DNA of 64,000 bases, from the IMG/VR virus record IMGVR_UViG_3300028886_000028, positions 1 through 64,000 of that record. The stretch is one strand, 5' to 3'. Shown piece by piece: positions 16,618 to 27,514 of this stretch; within the stretch, counting starts at the first letter, position 1; the number at the start of each line of letters is the position of its first letter. A program made the position numbers and the translations under genes. Below the pieces are notes generated by a model. That model had not been told where the DNA came from and ran no database searches. It worked only from the letters and a program-made list of their open reading frames with translations. Origin of the DNA: a virus (lineage: Duplodnaviria > Caudoviricetes).

Positions 16618-18495
16618 ATGATAGTCGAATCTGAAGAAATAATTAAAGATTATATAGAATGCTTGCAAGATGAATCAGGGATAAAATTTATTGAAAAATA
16701 TTTGTATACATTCGATGCTACTAGGGGTAAGAAATTACCGTTTATGTTATTTCCAAGGCAGAGGGTGTTTCTTGAAGCACTTGCCGCAAATAGAAATGTT
16801 GTGTCAATTAAACCACGTCAATGCGGAATCACAACATTAACATCTGCATGGGCAACACGTAAGTGCGCTTTGGCTGACAAAGATGCCCCTGAAACCATTC
16901 TTTGTATAGGTAATAAACTTGACCTTGCTCAACAACTTATAACAAAAATCAGGGATTTCCTTTTGCAAGTGCCTCGTTGGTATTGGGGAGAAGAATATTA
17001 TTCACCAGACCCAAAATCAGAAAAAAATCGTAAAAGCATTTTCGTTAAAGATTCAAAATCAGAATTAGAACTATTTAATGGGTGCAGAATAGTAGCTCGT
17101 TCATCAGGTGAAAATGCTGCCCGTGGTATTTCAGCAGTATCAATCCTTATATTAGACGAGGCTGCATTTATAGAAAACTCTAAAGCAGTTTATGCAACAG
17201 CAGCGGCTACTATGGCATCAAACCCAAATTCTAAAACGGTAATGGTTTCAACGCCTAATGGACATGATGAATTGTATTATGACACATATAGGCAAGCACT
17301 GGCTGGAGAGAATAATTTTGTTGCAGTTCAGTTCAGATGGTATCAAGACCCTCGTTATAACAAAAATTTAAAGTGGTTTAAAAAAAATGAGAAAACTGGT
17401 GAAACAGAATGGATAGTTGAACCTACTATTGATAAAGAAGGTTCAATTAAGTATGATGAAGAACGATGGGAGAACTTTGTGCAAAAAGGATGGACACCAC
17501 GTTCACCTTGGTATGAAGATATGTGCCAATCTTTCAATAATGATAGGGTTAAAATCGCGCAAGAACTTGATGTTTCGTTTGCTGGTTCTTCAGATAATGT
17601 AATAGACCCAGAATATATTGAAATGCATGAAAGACTTAATGTTCGTGAGCCATTATCAGATATGAAAGACCCTTTAGTTGATGAAACATGGTTTTGGAAG
17701 TCACCAATTGAAGGGCATAGGTATATATGCTCATGCGACCCAAGTAGAGGCTCCAGCGATGATTATACTGCCATAGAGATAATAGATATGGATGGACGTG
17801 ATGAAAATGGAATGCCAATTGTTGAGCAAGTTATGGAATATTATGGTAAAAAACTTGGTGATGATATTGGAGAAATACTTTACAATTATGCTGTTTTGTA
17901 TAATAATGCTTATGTAGTAATTGATTGTACTAATGGATTGGGTGATGTTCCATTGTTTGTGTTGATTAATAAGGGGTATAAAAATTTGTTTTATGATGAT
18001 TCTGCTTTAAAAAAATATACTGTTCAAATTAGTACTCAACAGCCATCAAAAGATTATACTGATGTAATGCCTGGCTTCCATATGCAAGGAAATAGATACC
18101 CAGTGCTTGCTAATTTTGCCAATATGGTTAGAAATAATGAATTTAAAATTAGGTCTAATCGTGTTATTACTGAATTAAATAGTTGGATATTTAAAGGAGA
18201 AGCAAAAAGAATGGACCACCAGGATGGACAACACGATGACGCAATTACTTGTTTAGCAATGGGCTTATTTGTTATGATGTTTTCATATAAAAAATTGGAA
18301 AATGCCCAAAATAAAGATAAAGCAATACTTAATGCTTATATGATGGGTAATTCTATAAGCGTAAATCAACGTCATATGATTAATAATAAACCAATTACTC
18401 CTAGTAATGGCTTGCCATTTTACAATGATAAAATATTAAAAAAAATAGATGCTATAAATGGTAATTTTATGTGGCTATTTGCTAATTACGGTTAA
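16618..18495 (+). CDS. Terminase large subunit (T4 gp17-like)
   Basis: KPRQCGITT, ILILDEAAF Walker B, STPNG, CDPSRG..DY, HDD. Confidence 0.92.
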   Translation: MIVESEEIIKDYIECLQDESGIKFIEKYLYTFDATRGKKLPFMLFPRQRVFLEALAANRNVVSIKPRQCGITTLTSAWATRKCALADKDAPETILCIGNKLDLAQQLITKIRDFLLQVPRWYWGEEYYSPDPKSEKNRKSIFVKDSKSELELFNGCRIVARSSGENAARGISAVSILILDEAAFIENSKAVYATAAATMASNPNSKTVMVSTPNGHDELYYDTYRQALAGENNFVAVQFRWYQDPRYNKNLKWFKKNEKTGETEWIVEPTIDKEGSIKYDEERWENFVQKGWTPRSPWYEDMCQSFNNDRVKIAQELDVSFAGSSDNVIDPEYIEMHERLNVREPLSDMKDPLVDETWFWKSPIEGHRYICSCDPSRGSSDDYTAIEIIDMDGRDENGMPIVEQVMEYYGKKLGDDIGEILYNYAVLYNNAYVVIDCTNGLGDVPLFVLINKGYKNLFYDDSALKKYTVQISTQQPSKDYTDVMPGFHMQGNRYPVLANFANMVRNNEFKIRSNRVITELNSWIFKGEAKRMDHQDGQHDDAITCLAMGLFVMMFSYKKLENAQNKDKAILNAYMMGNSISVNQRHMINNKPITPSNGLPFYNDKILKKIDAINGNFMWLFANYG

Positions 18496-18554
18496 TGTTA
18501 ACTATTGATATTTATTGTTAATAAAATATATTTTTTTAAAAAAACAAAATTATA

Positions 18555-20630
18555 ATGGCTAAAAATAAATTAACAGTCTTTCAAACATTGGAAAGGGCTT
18601 TAAAAGGCAATTTCACATCAGACCAAGGTTTTCAACCACATATTAATTCTTATGACATGTCTGGTGTTAATTCTGTGTTATATAAAACTCAGGATAAGGA
18701 CGATTATGAAAGGACTAAATTAGAATTACAGCAAAATCAATATCTGAAAGATAGATGGGTTAAAGCAAACGTTGATTTGTCTGTTACGGCATTTGCTGGT
18801 TTAACAAACGTCAAATTAATGTATCGTGATGCTGACCTTATGGACTCATTTCCAGAAATTGGTGCAGCACTTGATATTTGTGCTGAAGAGAGCACATTAA
18901 ATGGGGACAATGGGCAAATAGTAAACGTCTATTCAAAATCAGAAAGAATTAAGGCTATTTTGGAAGATTTATTTGTTAACAGACTTAACCTTCAAATAAC
19001 AGCACCAATGGTTATCCGTGGAATGTGTAAATACGGTAATCAATTCATGATGCTTGACATTGACAATAAATTGGGGGTTAAAGGGTGGAGGCAATTACCA
19101 GTATTCAATGTTGAAAGGCTTGAAAATGGTATAGCAAATCCTTACGGCAGCGGCCAAAGCCTTGCTATAAATAATACCACAACAGATAAGGAAGATTTAT
19201 CAACTAAATTTGTTTGGTTTGATGAGAATAATTCTCAAGTACCTTTTAGAAATTGGCAGATAGCGCATTTTAGACTGTTAACTAATTCAATGTGCCTTCC
19301 GTATGGTACGTCTTTTTTAAATTCAGCCAGACGTCACTGGAGGTTACTAAGCCTTATGGAGGATATGATGCTTATATATCGCCTTGAACGTTCAATAGAA
19401 AGGAGAGTATATAAAATATATGTAGGAGCAATTGATGATGCTGATGTTCAAGCATATGTTGAACAAGTCGCTAATAATTTTAAGCGAACTCCAATTGTTG
19501 ACCCTATGACTGGTCAGATTGATTTAAGGAAAAATATTTTAGACGTTTCACAAGACTTATTCATACCTGTAAGAGACCAATCTGCTCCAACTCCAATTGA
19601 CACGTTACCAGCTGCCCAAAATTTGACAGCTATTGATGATATTAAATACATTCAGAATAAAGTTCTTACTGCACTTAGAATACCAAAATCATTTTTGAAT
19701 TTCGAAGAAAATGCCGGAGAAGGTAAAAATCTTGCATTGATGGATATTCGTTTTACTCGTGTTATTAATAGGATACAGCAAGCATTTTTGATGGAGTTAA
19801 CAAAAGTTGCTAGCATTCATCTTTATCTTTTAGGATTTGAAGATGATTTAGCCAACTTTAGTCTTACCATGAATAATCCATCAACTCAAGCCGAGCAACT
19901 TGAAATTGATAATTTGCAGAAAAAAATATCAGCAGTTCGAGACGCAGTGTCAGACCCAGGAAATGGATTACCTGTAATGTCGCAAACAAGAGCATTGAAA
20001 CAAATAATGAAATGGTCAGATAAAGAAATTAAAGAAAATCTTGAAGAAATACGTCTTGAAAAAGGACTTTCTGCTGAACTTGAAAAAACCACACAGATTA
20101 TTAAGAGAACAGGTATATTCGACATCGTTGACAGGATGTATGGAGAGCCGGGAGCTGAATACCAAGAAGATGCACAAATGGGTGGGCCTGATAGTGGAAT
20201 GCCTGGAGGCGGAGGAATGCCTGGAGGCGGTGGTGGCTTTGGCGGAGGCCTAGATGATTTAGGCTCGCCTGGTTCTAATGAACAAGGAGATATACAAGGC
20301 GCTGAAGGTTCTGAACCTACAAATGAAATGGAAGGCGGGAATAATTCCGGCGAAACACAGCCAACTTCTCCACAAACAAATGAATTAAAATCAATAAAAA
20401 ACAAAAAAGTAATATCTGAAAATGCCGTGAAAGCAAATAATAAAGTGCTTGACAATATGTTTGAACAATACATTAATAAAATAGACAATAGAATGAAAAG
20501 TATTAAAAAGCCAGAAAGTATTGTGGAGAGAACTGACATTTATGATAAATCACTTTTAATAAACGAGGAATTTTCTAAAATGATAGATTCGTTAAACATA
20601 ATAGTAACTGAAGAAGAGACTGATGAATAA
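18555..20630 (+). CDS. Portal protein (T4 gp20-like)
   Basis: PEIGAALD, LMEDMMLIYRLER..ERRVYKI, D.FIP.R, IDTLP, L.AL.IP. Confidence 0.92.
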   Translation: MAKNKLTVFQTLERALKGNFTSDQGFQPHINSYDMSGVNSVLYKTQDKDDYERTKLELQQNQYLKDRWVKANVDLSVTAFAGLTNVKLMYRDADLMDSFPEIGAALDICAEESTLNGDNGQIVNVYSKSERIKAILEDLFVNRLNLQITAPMVIRGMCKYGNQFMMLDIDNKLGVKGWRQLPVFNVERLENGIANPYGSGQSLAINNTTTDKEDLSTKFVWFDENNSQVPFRNWQIAHFRLLTNSMCLPYGTSFLNSARRHWRLLSLMEDMMLIYRLERSIERRVYKIYVGAIDDADVQAYVEQVANNFKRTPIVDPMTGQIDLRKNILDVSQDLFIPVRDQSAPTPIDTLPAAQNLTAIDDIKYIQNKVLTALRIPKSFLNFEENAGEGKNLALMDIRFTRVINRIQQAFLMELTKVASIHLYLLGFEDDLANFSLTMNNPSTQAEQLEIDNLQKKISAVRDAVSDPGNGLPVMSQTRALKQIMKWSDKEIKENLEEIRLEKGLSAELEKTTQIIKRTGIFDIVDRMYGEPGAEYQEDAQMGGPDSGMPGGGGMPGGGGGFGGGLDDLGSPGSNEQGDIQGAEGSEPTNEMEGGNNSGETQPTSPQTNELKSIKNKKVISENAVKANNKVLDNMFEQYINKIDNRMKSIKKPESIVERTDIYDKSLLINEEFSKMIDSLNIIVTEEETDE

Positions 20631-20680
20631 TCAGTCTTTTTCTTTTAACATAAATATTTATTTATAAATTATATCGTAAA

Positions 20681-21619
20681 ATGGACGAAAAAATAAAGTA
20701 TCAAGAATTATGGATGGCCGCTGTTAAAAAGGCTACTGAAGCAATGAGAAGCGGTGATTTGGAATTATACGACAAATATTTGCAAGAAATGGAAGACGCC
20801 GCTGAAAGATATAAAGAGGCGTGTAATTTTTCTGACAATATGATAAACGCCAATTTTGCAACTGTAAATGCTACATTGGAAAGTGTTATGCCTAAATTGA
20901 TGATTAAAAACAAAAAAGTTTTAAAGGAATGCGTGAACTTAATCAAGAGCGATAAAAATTTACTTGCTCAGTTTAAGTTTTGTAATTCTTTAAAAAAGTT
21001 TAATTGTGATACTGATGCCAAAGATTATATCAATGAGTCATTGAATCTTGTTGCAAAAGATATTGATTATAGAACTTTGAAAGAGTCAAACAAAAAACTA
21101 GCAAAACTGTTAATAAAGCATAATATTAGGCCAAACGAAATTAGTGAAAGTGAAATGGCTTTCGCTAAGAATTGTGATTATCTTTTAACTCATAAAAAAA
21201 ATCTTAACAATTTAAATGAATTTACTAATAATCTTAAAAGCGTTAGCGATTACATTGTTGAGAATAAAAAGTTGAATAATAATAAGGTTGATGTTCTTTC
21301 AATGGCGGAACAAGTTGAAAAGAAACTTAATTCTTTAAACGAGGCTGAACAAGCACTTGTTAAAGATATTATGATGGCAAATACAAGTATTGCTGAGTCA
21401 AGGAGGGAGAATCTTTTCAACAAAATTAAAAACGAATGCATTGAAAAAATCAATAAAATGATTTCAGAAAATGATGGTAGCGAAAAAGAAAGGCTGCTTA
21501 ATTTGAAAGAAACAATTATGTTGAAAGAATATGATAAAACTAATATTGTTGGGGACATTGCTAAATTATTGGAAATTGGAGCAGTATTAAGCGATAGTGA
21601 CCACGATAAATATATGTAA
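20681..21619 (+). CDS. Hypothetical helical head-module protein
   Basis: Long ORF with its own late motif and terminator; multiple [IL]xE sites. Confidence 0.7.
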   Translation: MDEKIKYQELWMAAVKKATEAMRSGDLELYDKYLQEMEDAAERYKEACNFSDNMINANFATVNATLESVMPKLMIKNKKVLKECVNLIKSDKNLLAQFKFCNSLKKFNCDTDAKDYINESLNLVAKDIDYRTLKESNKKLAKLLIKHNIRPNEISESEMAFAKNCDYLLTHKKNLNNLNEFTNNLKSVSDYIVENKKLNNNKVDVLSMAEQVEKKLNSLNEAEQALVKDIMMANTSIAESRRENLFNKIKNECIEKINKMISENDGSEKERLLNLKETIMLKEYDKTNIVGDIAKLLEIGAVLSDSDHDKYM

Positions 21620-21626
21620 TTTTATG

Positions 21627-21657
21627 AAAAAAGGGAACGTTAAGTTCCCTTTTTTTG
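21627..21657 (+). terminator. Rho-independent terminator
   Basis: aaaaagggaac-gttaa-gttccctttttt. Confidence 0.85.
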
Positions 21658-21695
21658 ACTGGTAATAAAAAAATCATATATTTTATAAAAAAAAT

Positions 21696-22130
21696 ATGAT
21701 TAGATTAAATAAAGAAATTAAAATTGATTCGTGTAAAAATATTTGTTTAAAATATGGAAGCGTTAACAAAAATAACCCACAGGTGATTTATATATCAGGT
21801 AAAATGTGGATATGCCCAAATTACGATGGTGATTTTGATGATTCTATAAAAATTTTACATTCTAAATTCAAAAAAGAATTATCAAAAATTTTAAGGAGCA
21901 GTAGCGTTTTTGAAAGTAAATATATATTAGATTTTGATATAAATTCTGATAATTTGATTGTTAATAAAAAAAAGTTTTTTTCTATAACTTTTTTCATAAA
22001 ACAAAAAAAAGAAAAACTTTTAAAATTAAATAGCCTGAAAAATATAATTTCTTCAGAATTTAGTTATTTATTTAATGATTTGGAAAAAGATTTAATTGAA
22101 AATGAATTTGAAGTTAGTAAAGTTAAATAA
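21696..22130 (+). CDS. Hypothetical protein
   Basis: ORF preceded by TTGACT-N16-TATATT. Confidence 0.65.
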   Translation: MIRLNKEIKIDSCKNICLKYGSVNKNNPQVIYISGKMWICPNYDGDFDDSIKILHSKFKKELSKILRSSSVFESKYILDFDINSDNLIVNKKKFFSITFFIKQKKEKLLKLNSLKNIISSEFSYLFNDLEKDLIENEFEVSKVK

Positions 22131-22132
22131 AT

Positions 22133-22477
22133 ATGTCTATAGAAAATGTGGTTTTATGGTATGAAAAAAATGTTAATTACAAATTAACTAAAACTTTTTT
22201 AAAATTTCTCATCAAAACAGGAATCATAAAAGAAGAAATTAATTTAGAGTTGTTAAATTCGTTTTTATTGGAAACATTTGGGAATGATTTTGTCAAAGAA
22301 AACGATAAATTTAAAATTAAAAATAACAGAATCCAAATAATTGACAATTTTAAAGATGAAGTTAAAACAAATGATAAAGATAATTCAGTTAAATTAGTGA
22401 AAGAAGTTAACAATATAAAAAATAAGTTTAAAATTGAAAGCGTTGGCGGTAAAAGGCTTAAATTAGTTAAGGTTTAG
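22133..22477 (+). CDS. Hypothetical protein
   Basis: Tightly coupled ORF. Confidence 0.6.
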   Translation: MSIENVVLWYEKNVNYKLTKTFLKFLIKTGIIKEEINLELLNSFLLETFGNDFVKENDKFKIKNNRIQIIDNFKDEVKTNDKDNSVKLVKEVNNIKNKFKIESVGGKRLKLVKV

Positions 22478-22504
22478 ATTATATTTATATATAAAAGAAA
22501 ATAT

Positions 22505-22756
22505 ATGATAATCAAAATAAATGAATCAATGTTTAAAAAATTACTTGAATATGTAGGCGATGAAGAAGAATTTGGAAGATATGATATTTCAAGTAATGAT
22601 TATATACCTGAGCTAGAAAGGAACAAAATAATTAACAAAAAAACTCATGGAACAGAGTTTAACAATAATTATGAAATTTCTGAGCCTGAATATATTGGCC
22701 AAGAAATAAATGACCCGGGGCCATATGCAGAATATAAAAGATACGATTTCAAATGA
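22505..22756 (+). CDS. Small protein with leader motif
   Basis: MIIKINESMFKKLLEY; late motif at 22481. Confidence 0.65.
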   Translation: MIIKINESMFKKLLEYVGDEEEFGRYDISSNDYIPELERNKIINKKTHGTEFNNNYEISEPEYIGQEINDPGPYAEYKRYDFK

Positions 22757-23589
22757 AAATAGTTTTACACGAAAATCAATTATTGCCTATACGTGAAGCG
22801 TTTCAGAATAGTTTTTCTTTTGAAACTCTTTCTTCTATTGGCTTAAATGCTAATATTGAAGATGGTAATAAAATGAGATATGATTATTGCATTAAACATC
22901 TAGGCAACCCGGTCGGTGAAGGCACTTCAAGAGCAGTTTTTACATTATCAGATAATTATGTTTTAAAATTGGCGTTTACTAACCCGTCCGCTATAATGAC
23001 AAGCATGGCAGCAGGAATTGAACAAAATAAACATGAGTATAATACATATAAAGAAATAAACTCTCCTTTACTCCCAAAAATTATTTATTGCGATAGAAAT
23101 TATTTTTATATTGTTTGCGAAAGTGTTATTCCAGCTGAAGAGATTGATTTTGAAAAGTTTTTGGGCATTCCATTTAGCAGAAAATGGAAACAAAAATCTA
23201 TAAAAGAACCAATATATGATAAAGAATCTGGTAAAATTAAAAAAGGCGATAAAACAATTGGTTTCAACAAATATTTTAACAATTTAAAAAATTATAATGA
23301 AACATATCTTGGCGAAACAGTTTATGATATATTAAATTATATAGACGCAAATTACATTCAAGATGAACCAATGTATGATAGAAATATTGAAAATACTATC
23401 AGAAATTCAGAATGGTTAACTGAATTGGTGAGTTTTATTAAAACAACAGGCACAAGTGATTTTTGCGATGTTGAAAATTTCGGAATTGTAAATCGTGATG
23501 GAAAGCCTATGATAGTTCTTCTTGATACAGGACTTGATTTAGATGTATGGGAAGATATTTTTGTAAAGCAAAAATCTGATGGCGCATAG
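22753..23589 (+). CDS. Protein-kinase-fold protein with leader motif
   Basis: GEGTSRAVF Gly loop, VLK, QNKHE, SDFCDVENFG, LLDTG; N-terminus MKIVLHENQLLPIRE. Confidence 0.7.
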   Translation: MKIVLHENQLLPIREAFQNSFSFETLSSIGLNANIEDGNKMRYDYCIKHLGNPVGEGTSRAVFTLSDNYVLKLAFTNPSAIMTSMAAGIEQNKHEYNTYKEINSPLLPKIIYCDRNYFYIVCESVIPAEEIDFEKFLGIPFSRKWKQKSIKEPIYDKESGKIKKGDKTIGFNKYFNNLKNYNETYLGETVYDILNYIDANYIQDEPMYDRNIENTIRNSEWLTELVSFIKTTGTSDFCDVENFGIVNRDGKPMIVLLDTGLDLDVWEDIFVKQKSDGA

Positions 23590-23601
23590 TATTTATACCA
23601 C

Positions 23602-23635
23602 ATAAAAATGCAACCTACAAAGGTTGCATTTTTAT
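23602..23635. terminator. Terminator hairpin
   Basis: ataaaaatgcaacct-acaa-aggttgcatttttat. Confidence 0.85.
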
Positions 23636-23675
23636 GTTGTCTTATATATTTATATATAAAAAGAAATATATAATT

Positions 23676-24995
23676 ATGAAAAATTATTTGACATTGTATG
23701 ATAATATCGAACAATTCGAATTAGATGAAAATAGTGTAAACTATTGCCATATTATTGATAATGCTGAACTTAAAATCGCTCCTGAAAGAAGGTTAGTTAT
23801 AGAATTATATGAACCATATTTAAGTGATAACATTGTAACGCTTTTTCATGAAGGAAAAGAAGATTTATTTAGCGAAATAGAAGTTGATGGCAAAAATGTA
23901 GAGCCAATAACTAACCAATATAAGTTAAAAAGCCGTAATAACCATGTTGCTAAATATACTTTTGCTGATGAAAAAAATATTGGAAATGGAGCATTTCAAT
24001 GGTGTAGAAATTTTAAAAGCGTAACAATATCTAATAGTTTTACAAGTGTTGGAGAAAGTGCTTTTTATAAATGTTGGAATATTAAAGATTGTTTTATAGA
24101 CTGCGAAACAATTGGCAATCGTGCTTTTGATAATTGTAGTGGCATTACATCTTTAACAATAGGTAATAACGTGAAAAGCATTGGTGATGGCGCTTTTATT
24201 TATTGCACAAAATTAAAAAATATAGTAATACCAGATAACGTTACAAGCGTTGACAATGATGTTTTCTATGGTTGTAATGGCCTTACAAGTTGCACTATTG
24301 GCAATGGAGTTACAAATATTAGCGCTGGCTTTTTACGTAGTTGTTACAAACTCGCAAATTGTACAATAGGTAATGGCGTTACAAGTATTGGTAATGGGGC
24401 TTTCCAAGATTGTGCTAGTCTTACAAGTATAGTTATACCTGATAATGTAACAAGTATTGACGAATATGCTTTTGGTGGATGTTATAATCTTACAGGTATA
24501 GATATACCAGATAGTGTAACAAGTATTGGTAACTTTGTTTTCAAGAGTTGTAATGCACTTACAAGTGTAACAATTCCAAGTGGTGTTACAAGTATTGGTG
24601 ATAGTACTTTCGCTAATTGTAATAGTCTTACAAGTATAGATATACCAAATAATGTAACAAGTATTGGTACAAATGCTTTCCAATATTGTAGTGGACTTAC
24701 AAGTTGCACAATAGGTAGTGGCGTTACAAGTATTGGTAATGGCGCTTTTTACAGTGCTACTAGTCTTACAAGTATAGATATACCAAATAAAGTTACAAGT
24801 ATTGGTGATAGTGCTTTTTATAGATGTTATAGTATTACAGGTATAACATCTAATGCTATTATAGCCCCAACAATAGAAAGTCAAACATTTGGAGGGCTTA
24901 GTCCAAATGGTACATTATATGTCCCTCAAGGAAGTAGTGGATATGATAGTTGGCTAGAAGTATTAGGAGATGGATGGACTATTGTTGAGCAATAA
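23676..24995 (+). CDS. BspA-type leucine-rich repeat (LRR_5) protein
   Basis: 23-aa C..LTSI.IP..VTSIG..AF repeats; C-cap GTLYVP.GSSGYD.W...WT.VEQ. Confidence 0.85.
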   Translation: MKNYLTLYDNIEQFELDENSVNYCHIIDNAELKIAPERRLVIELYEPYLSDNIVTLFHEGKEDLFSEIEVDGKNVEPITNQYKLKSRNNHVAKYTFADEKNIGNGAFQWCRNFKSVTISNSFTSVGESAFYKCWNIKDCFIDCETIGNRAFDNCSGITSLTIGNNVKSIGDGAFIYCTKLKNIVIPDNVTSVDNDVFYGCNGLTSCTIGNGVTNISAGFLRSCYKLANCTIGNGVTSIGNGAFQDCASLTSIVIPDNVTSIDEYAFGGCYNLTGIDIPDSVTSIGNFVFKSCNALTSVTIPSGVTSIGDSTFANCNSLTSIDIPNNVTSIGTNAFQYCSGLTSCTIGSGVTSIGNGAFYSATSLTSIDIPNKVTSIGDSAFYRCYSITGITSNAIIAPTIESQTFGGLSPNGTLYVPQGSSGYDSWLEVLGDGWTIVEQ

Positions 24996-25001
24996 TTTTA
25001 A

Positions 25002-25036
25002 AAAAGCGAGATTCAGTTAAGAATCTCGCTTATTTT
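25002..25036. terminator. Bidirectional terminator
   Basis: aagcgagattc-agttaa-gaatctcgctt between convergent genes. Confidence 0.8.
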
Positions 25037-25733
25037 ATGATAGTAAAATTTTGTCAATTTTATTTAATTTTTCGTTTACCATTTTTTTATCTTTTGATTT
25101 TTCTTCTACGTATTGTTGTAATTCTTCTTTATGCCCTATATATGCGCCTGGGGTCGAAGGGTCACTCACGATGTCCCAACATATTAGCTCAAAATCGTCG
25201 CCTACTATTGTTTGCCCTAGTTTTTGCTCTACTGAACCTACACCGCGTGACGATACTCCAATTTTATATCCATTAATCAAATGATTAGCCGCCATATCTC
25301 CCATTGTAGAAACAATTCCAAGTTTCCTAAATCCTTCTGATATGTTAAGTTCAAGTTTTCCGACTAATGTTCTTCCTTCCCAATGTAGTTCAATTATATT
25401 ATGAGAAATCCTTCCCAAATCAATTGTTGATTCGGCTGGGTGGTTTAATTCCCCATATGCTCTTCTTTCGTCAATTTTTTGCTGATATATTTCTACTTGT
25501 TTTTTAAGAACTCTTTCAGGATAAACTCTGCCATTTGCATTTTTAATATCAAACTTTTGAAAAACGGCATCAACAATAAATGGGTAAGGCACATTCCATT
25601 CCCCATTTGTCATTGATTCGTATATTTTTTTATTGTTTGTTGATTCTATCATTGATATATAACCATCGTTTTCTATTAACAAACCAGTTCCATATTCGCC
25701 TTTTTTTATTTCTTTTAAATCTTTTTTATCCAT
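25035..25733 (-). CDS. Prohead maturation protease (T4 gp21-like)
   Basis: NANGRVYP, GELNHP, ISH, GVSSRGVGS, WDIVSDPS. Confidence 0.92.
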   Translation of the reverse strand: MDKKDLKEIKKGEYGTGLLIENDGYISMIESTNNKKIYESMTNGEWNVPYPFIVDAVFQKFDIKNANGRVYPERVLKKQVEIYQQKIDERRAYGELNHPAESTIDLGRISHNIIELHWEGRTLVGKLELNISEGFRKLGIVSTMGDMAANHLINGYKIGVSSRGVGSVEQKLGQTIVGDDFELICWDIVSDPSTPGAYIGHKEELQQYVEEKSKDKKMVNEKLNKIDKILLS

Positions 25734-25911
25734 AATAGATTATATTTTAATATAATATAAATATTTATATTTAAAAACAAATACATGTAAAATGTTTATA
25801 AAAAAGGAATAAATTGTTTAAAAATCGTTTATAATAAAGGATTTTTAATAATTTTTCTTTTCTTTAATATATTTATAATTAAAATAATGAAAAATTAATA
25901 ATTTCATTTAA

Positions 25912-27477
25912 ATGAAAAATAACGGTAAAATTAGAAGCAATTTTGTTAAAGAATCTTTATTAGAGTATAACAACCTTGCCAATACATTAAAAGAAAATAC
26001 CGAGAGTGCTGTTCGTGATTTACTTAAAGAAACAGTACTTGAGCAATATGCCAAAATCCTAACAGAAGATGAGGATGAGGATAATTATGATGTAGAGGAA
26101 GTGGATGGTACTGATTCTGTAAACACAAGCGAAGACGAAGAAGCAGTAGATGATGCTGCTGATGGAATGGACTCTGAGGATGCAGAAGGTGGTGATGAGT
26201 TGGAAGATGCTGATATGGAAGGTGAAAATACTGACGATGCCGGCACTGAAGATATTGCTGCTGATGGAGTTGCCGAAGACGAAGAAGGTGATGGATGGTC
26301 TGAGTTTGATAAATACAAGGTTTCAGATGACGAGTATGACTTCTCAAATGCGGAAGACGATGAAATCGTAAAGGTTTACAAACTTTTAAAAGATGATGAC
26401 CAAGTTGTTGTTACAAAAAATGATGACAAGGTTAACATCAAAGATAATGAGACTGGCGCTGAATATCTTATCGACTTAGGCGGAGATAACGAAGCAATTA
26501 ATACTGGGTCAGAAGAAGTAGATGATACTGTTGATGACTTTGGTGGCGAAGATGACTTCAACGATGAAGAAAGCTTCGAAGAAGATGATTTTGAAAACCA
26601 AGAAGATGAAGATATGAATGAATCAAGAATTTTTGAAATCGCATTAAATGAGTATAATTCTAACGTTGGTTATACTGATAACTATCAAAATAAAGATGTG
26701 ATGACAAATCCTGGAATGTCAGAGCCAGGTAAAAACGTTAATGACTGGGATAAAGGAGTTCCAAAAGACTCAAAAAAGCCTTGGTCAGGCAAAAAAGGAG
26801 ATAAGAGCGAAAATCAGCCATTTACAGCAGAAAAAGGTAAAACTGTCGAAGAAGAAGATGTAGTAGATGACGCAACAGTTGATGAATCAATTAGTAGAGC
26901 AATACAAGAATTGAAAACCAGACAAGAGCATACTGCAAATGTTGGTAGCACTTCAAGAACAGACGGAGATAATGGAAACCGTAGACGTAAAGGACGTAGT
27001 TTCCATACTGCACAGAATGGACAGGAAACCGGAACAGGAGATAATCCATATTCAAACAATTCTCCAAAAGATGTAAATGTTAATGTAAAGGTTGAGAGCA
27101 TTATTAAAAAAGCTAATAAAATTTTCGAGGAAAATAAACAGCTTAAAGGCGCTCTTATGAAATTTAAAAACACATTGGAAGAAGCAGCAGTAACCAATGT
27201 AAATCTAGGAAATATTATTAAATTAGTGATGGAAAATTCTACCACTAAAGATGAAAAGAAAGAAATTATTGCTAGATTTGGAAATGAAGCAAAAACTGTT
27301 GAGGCTTCTAATACATTATTTGAAAACATTTCACGCGACTTGAAGAAAAAATCAAAAATGAATATTGATGAAAGCAAAGAGTACGCAGTAAATGAAAACA
27401 AAATTAATGAAACACAAATCTATCGTTCAAATGATATTTTAAATTCATTAGATTTAATGCATAGAATTTGTAAGTAA
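25912..27477 (+). CDS. Prohead scaffold/core protein (gp22-like position)
   Basis: Acidic, directly upstream of MCP, C-terminal coiled coil, many [IL]xE sites. Confidence 0.7.
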   Translation: MKNNGKIRSNFVKESLLEYNNLANTLKENTESAVRDLLKETVLEQYAKILTEDEDEDNYDVEEVDGTDSVNTSEDEEAVDDAADGMDSEDAEGGDELEDADMEGENTDDAGTEDIAADGVAEDEEGDGWSEFDKYKVSDDEYDFSNAEDDEIVKVYKLLKDDDQVVVTKNDDKVNIKDNETGAEYLIDLGGDNEAINTGSEEVDDTVDDFGGEDDFNDEESFEEDDFENQEDEDMNESRIFEIALNEYNSNVGYTDNYQNKDVMTNPGMSEPGKNVNDWDKGVPKDSKKPWSGKKGDKSENQPFTAEKGKTVEEEDVVDDATVDESISRAIQELKTRQEHTANVGSTSRTDGDNGNRRRKGRSFHTAQNGQETGTGDNPYSNNSPKDVNVNVKVESIIKKANKIFEENKQLKGALMKFKNTLEEAAVTNVNLGNIIKLVMENSTTKDEKKEIIARFGNEAKTVEASNTLFENISRDLKKKSKMNIDESKEYAVNENKINETQIYRSNDILNSLDLMHRICK

Positions 27478-27514
27478 AAGATTAACTAAAAATAAATTAT
27501 TTAAATAATTCATT

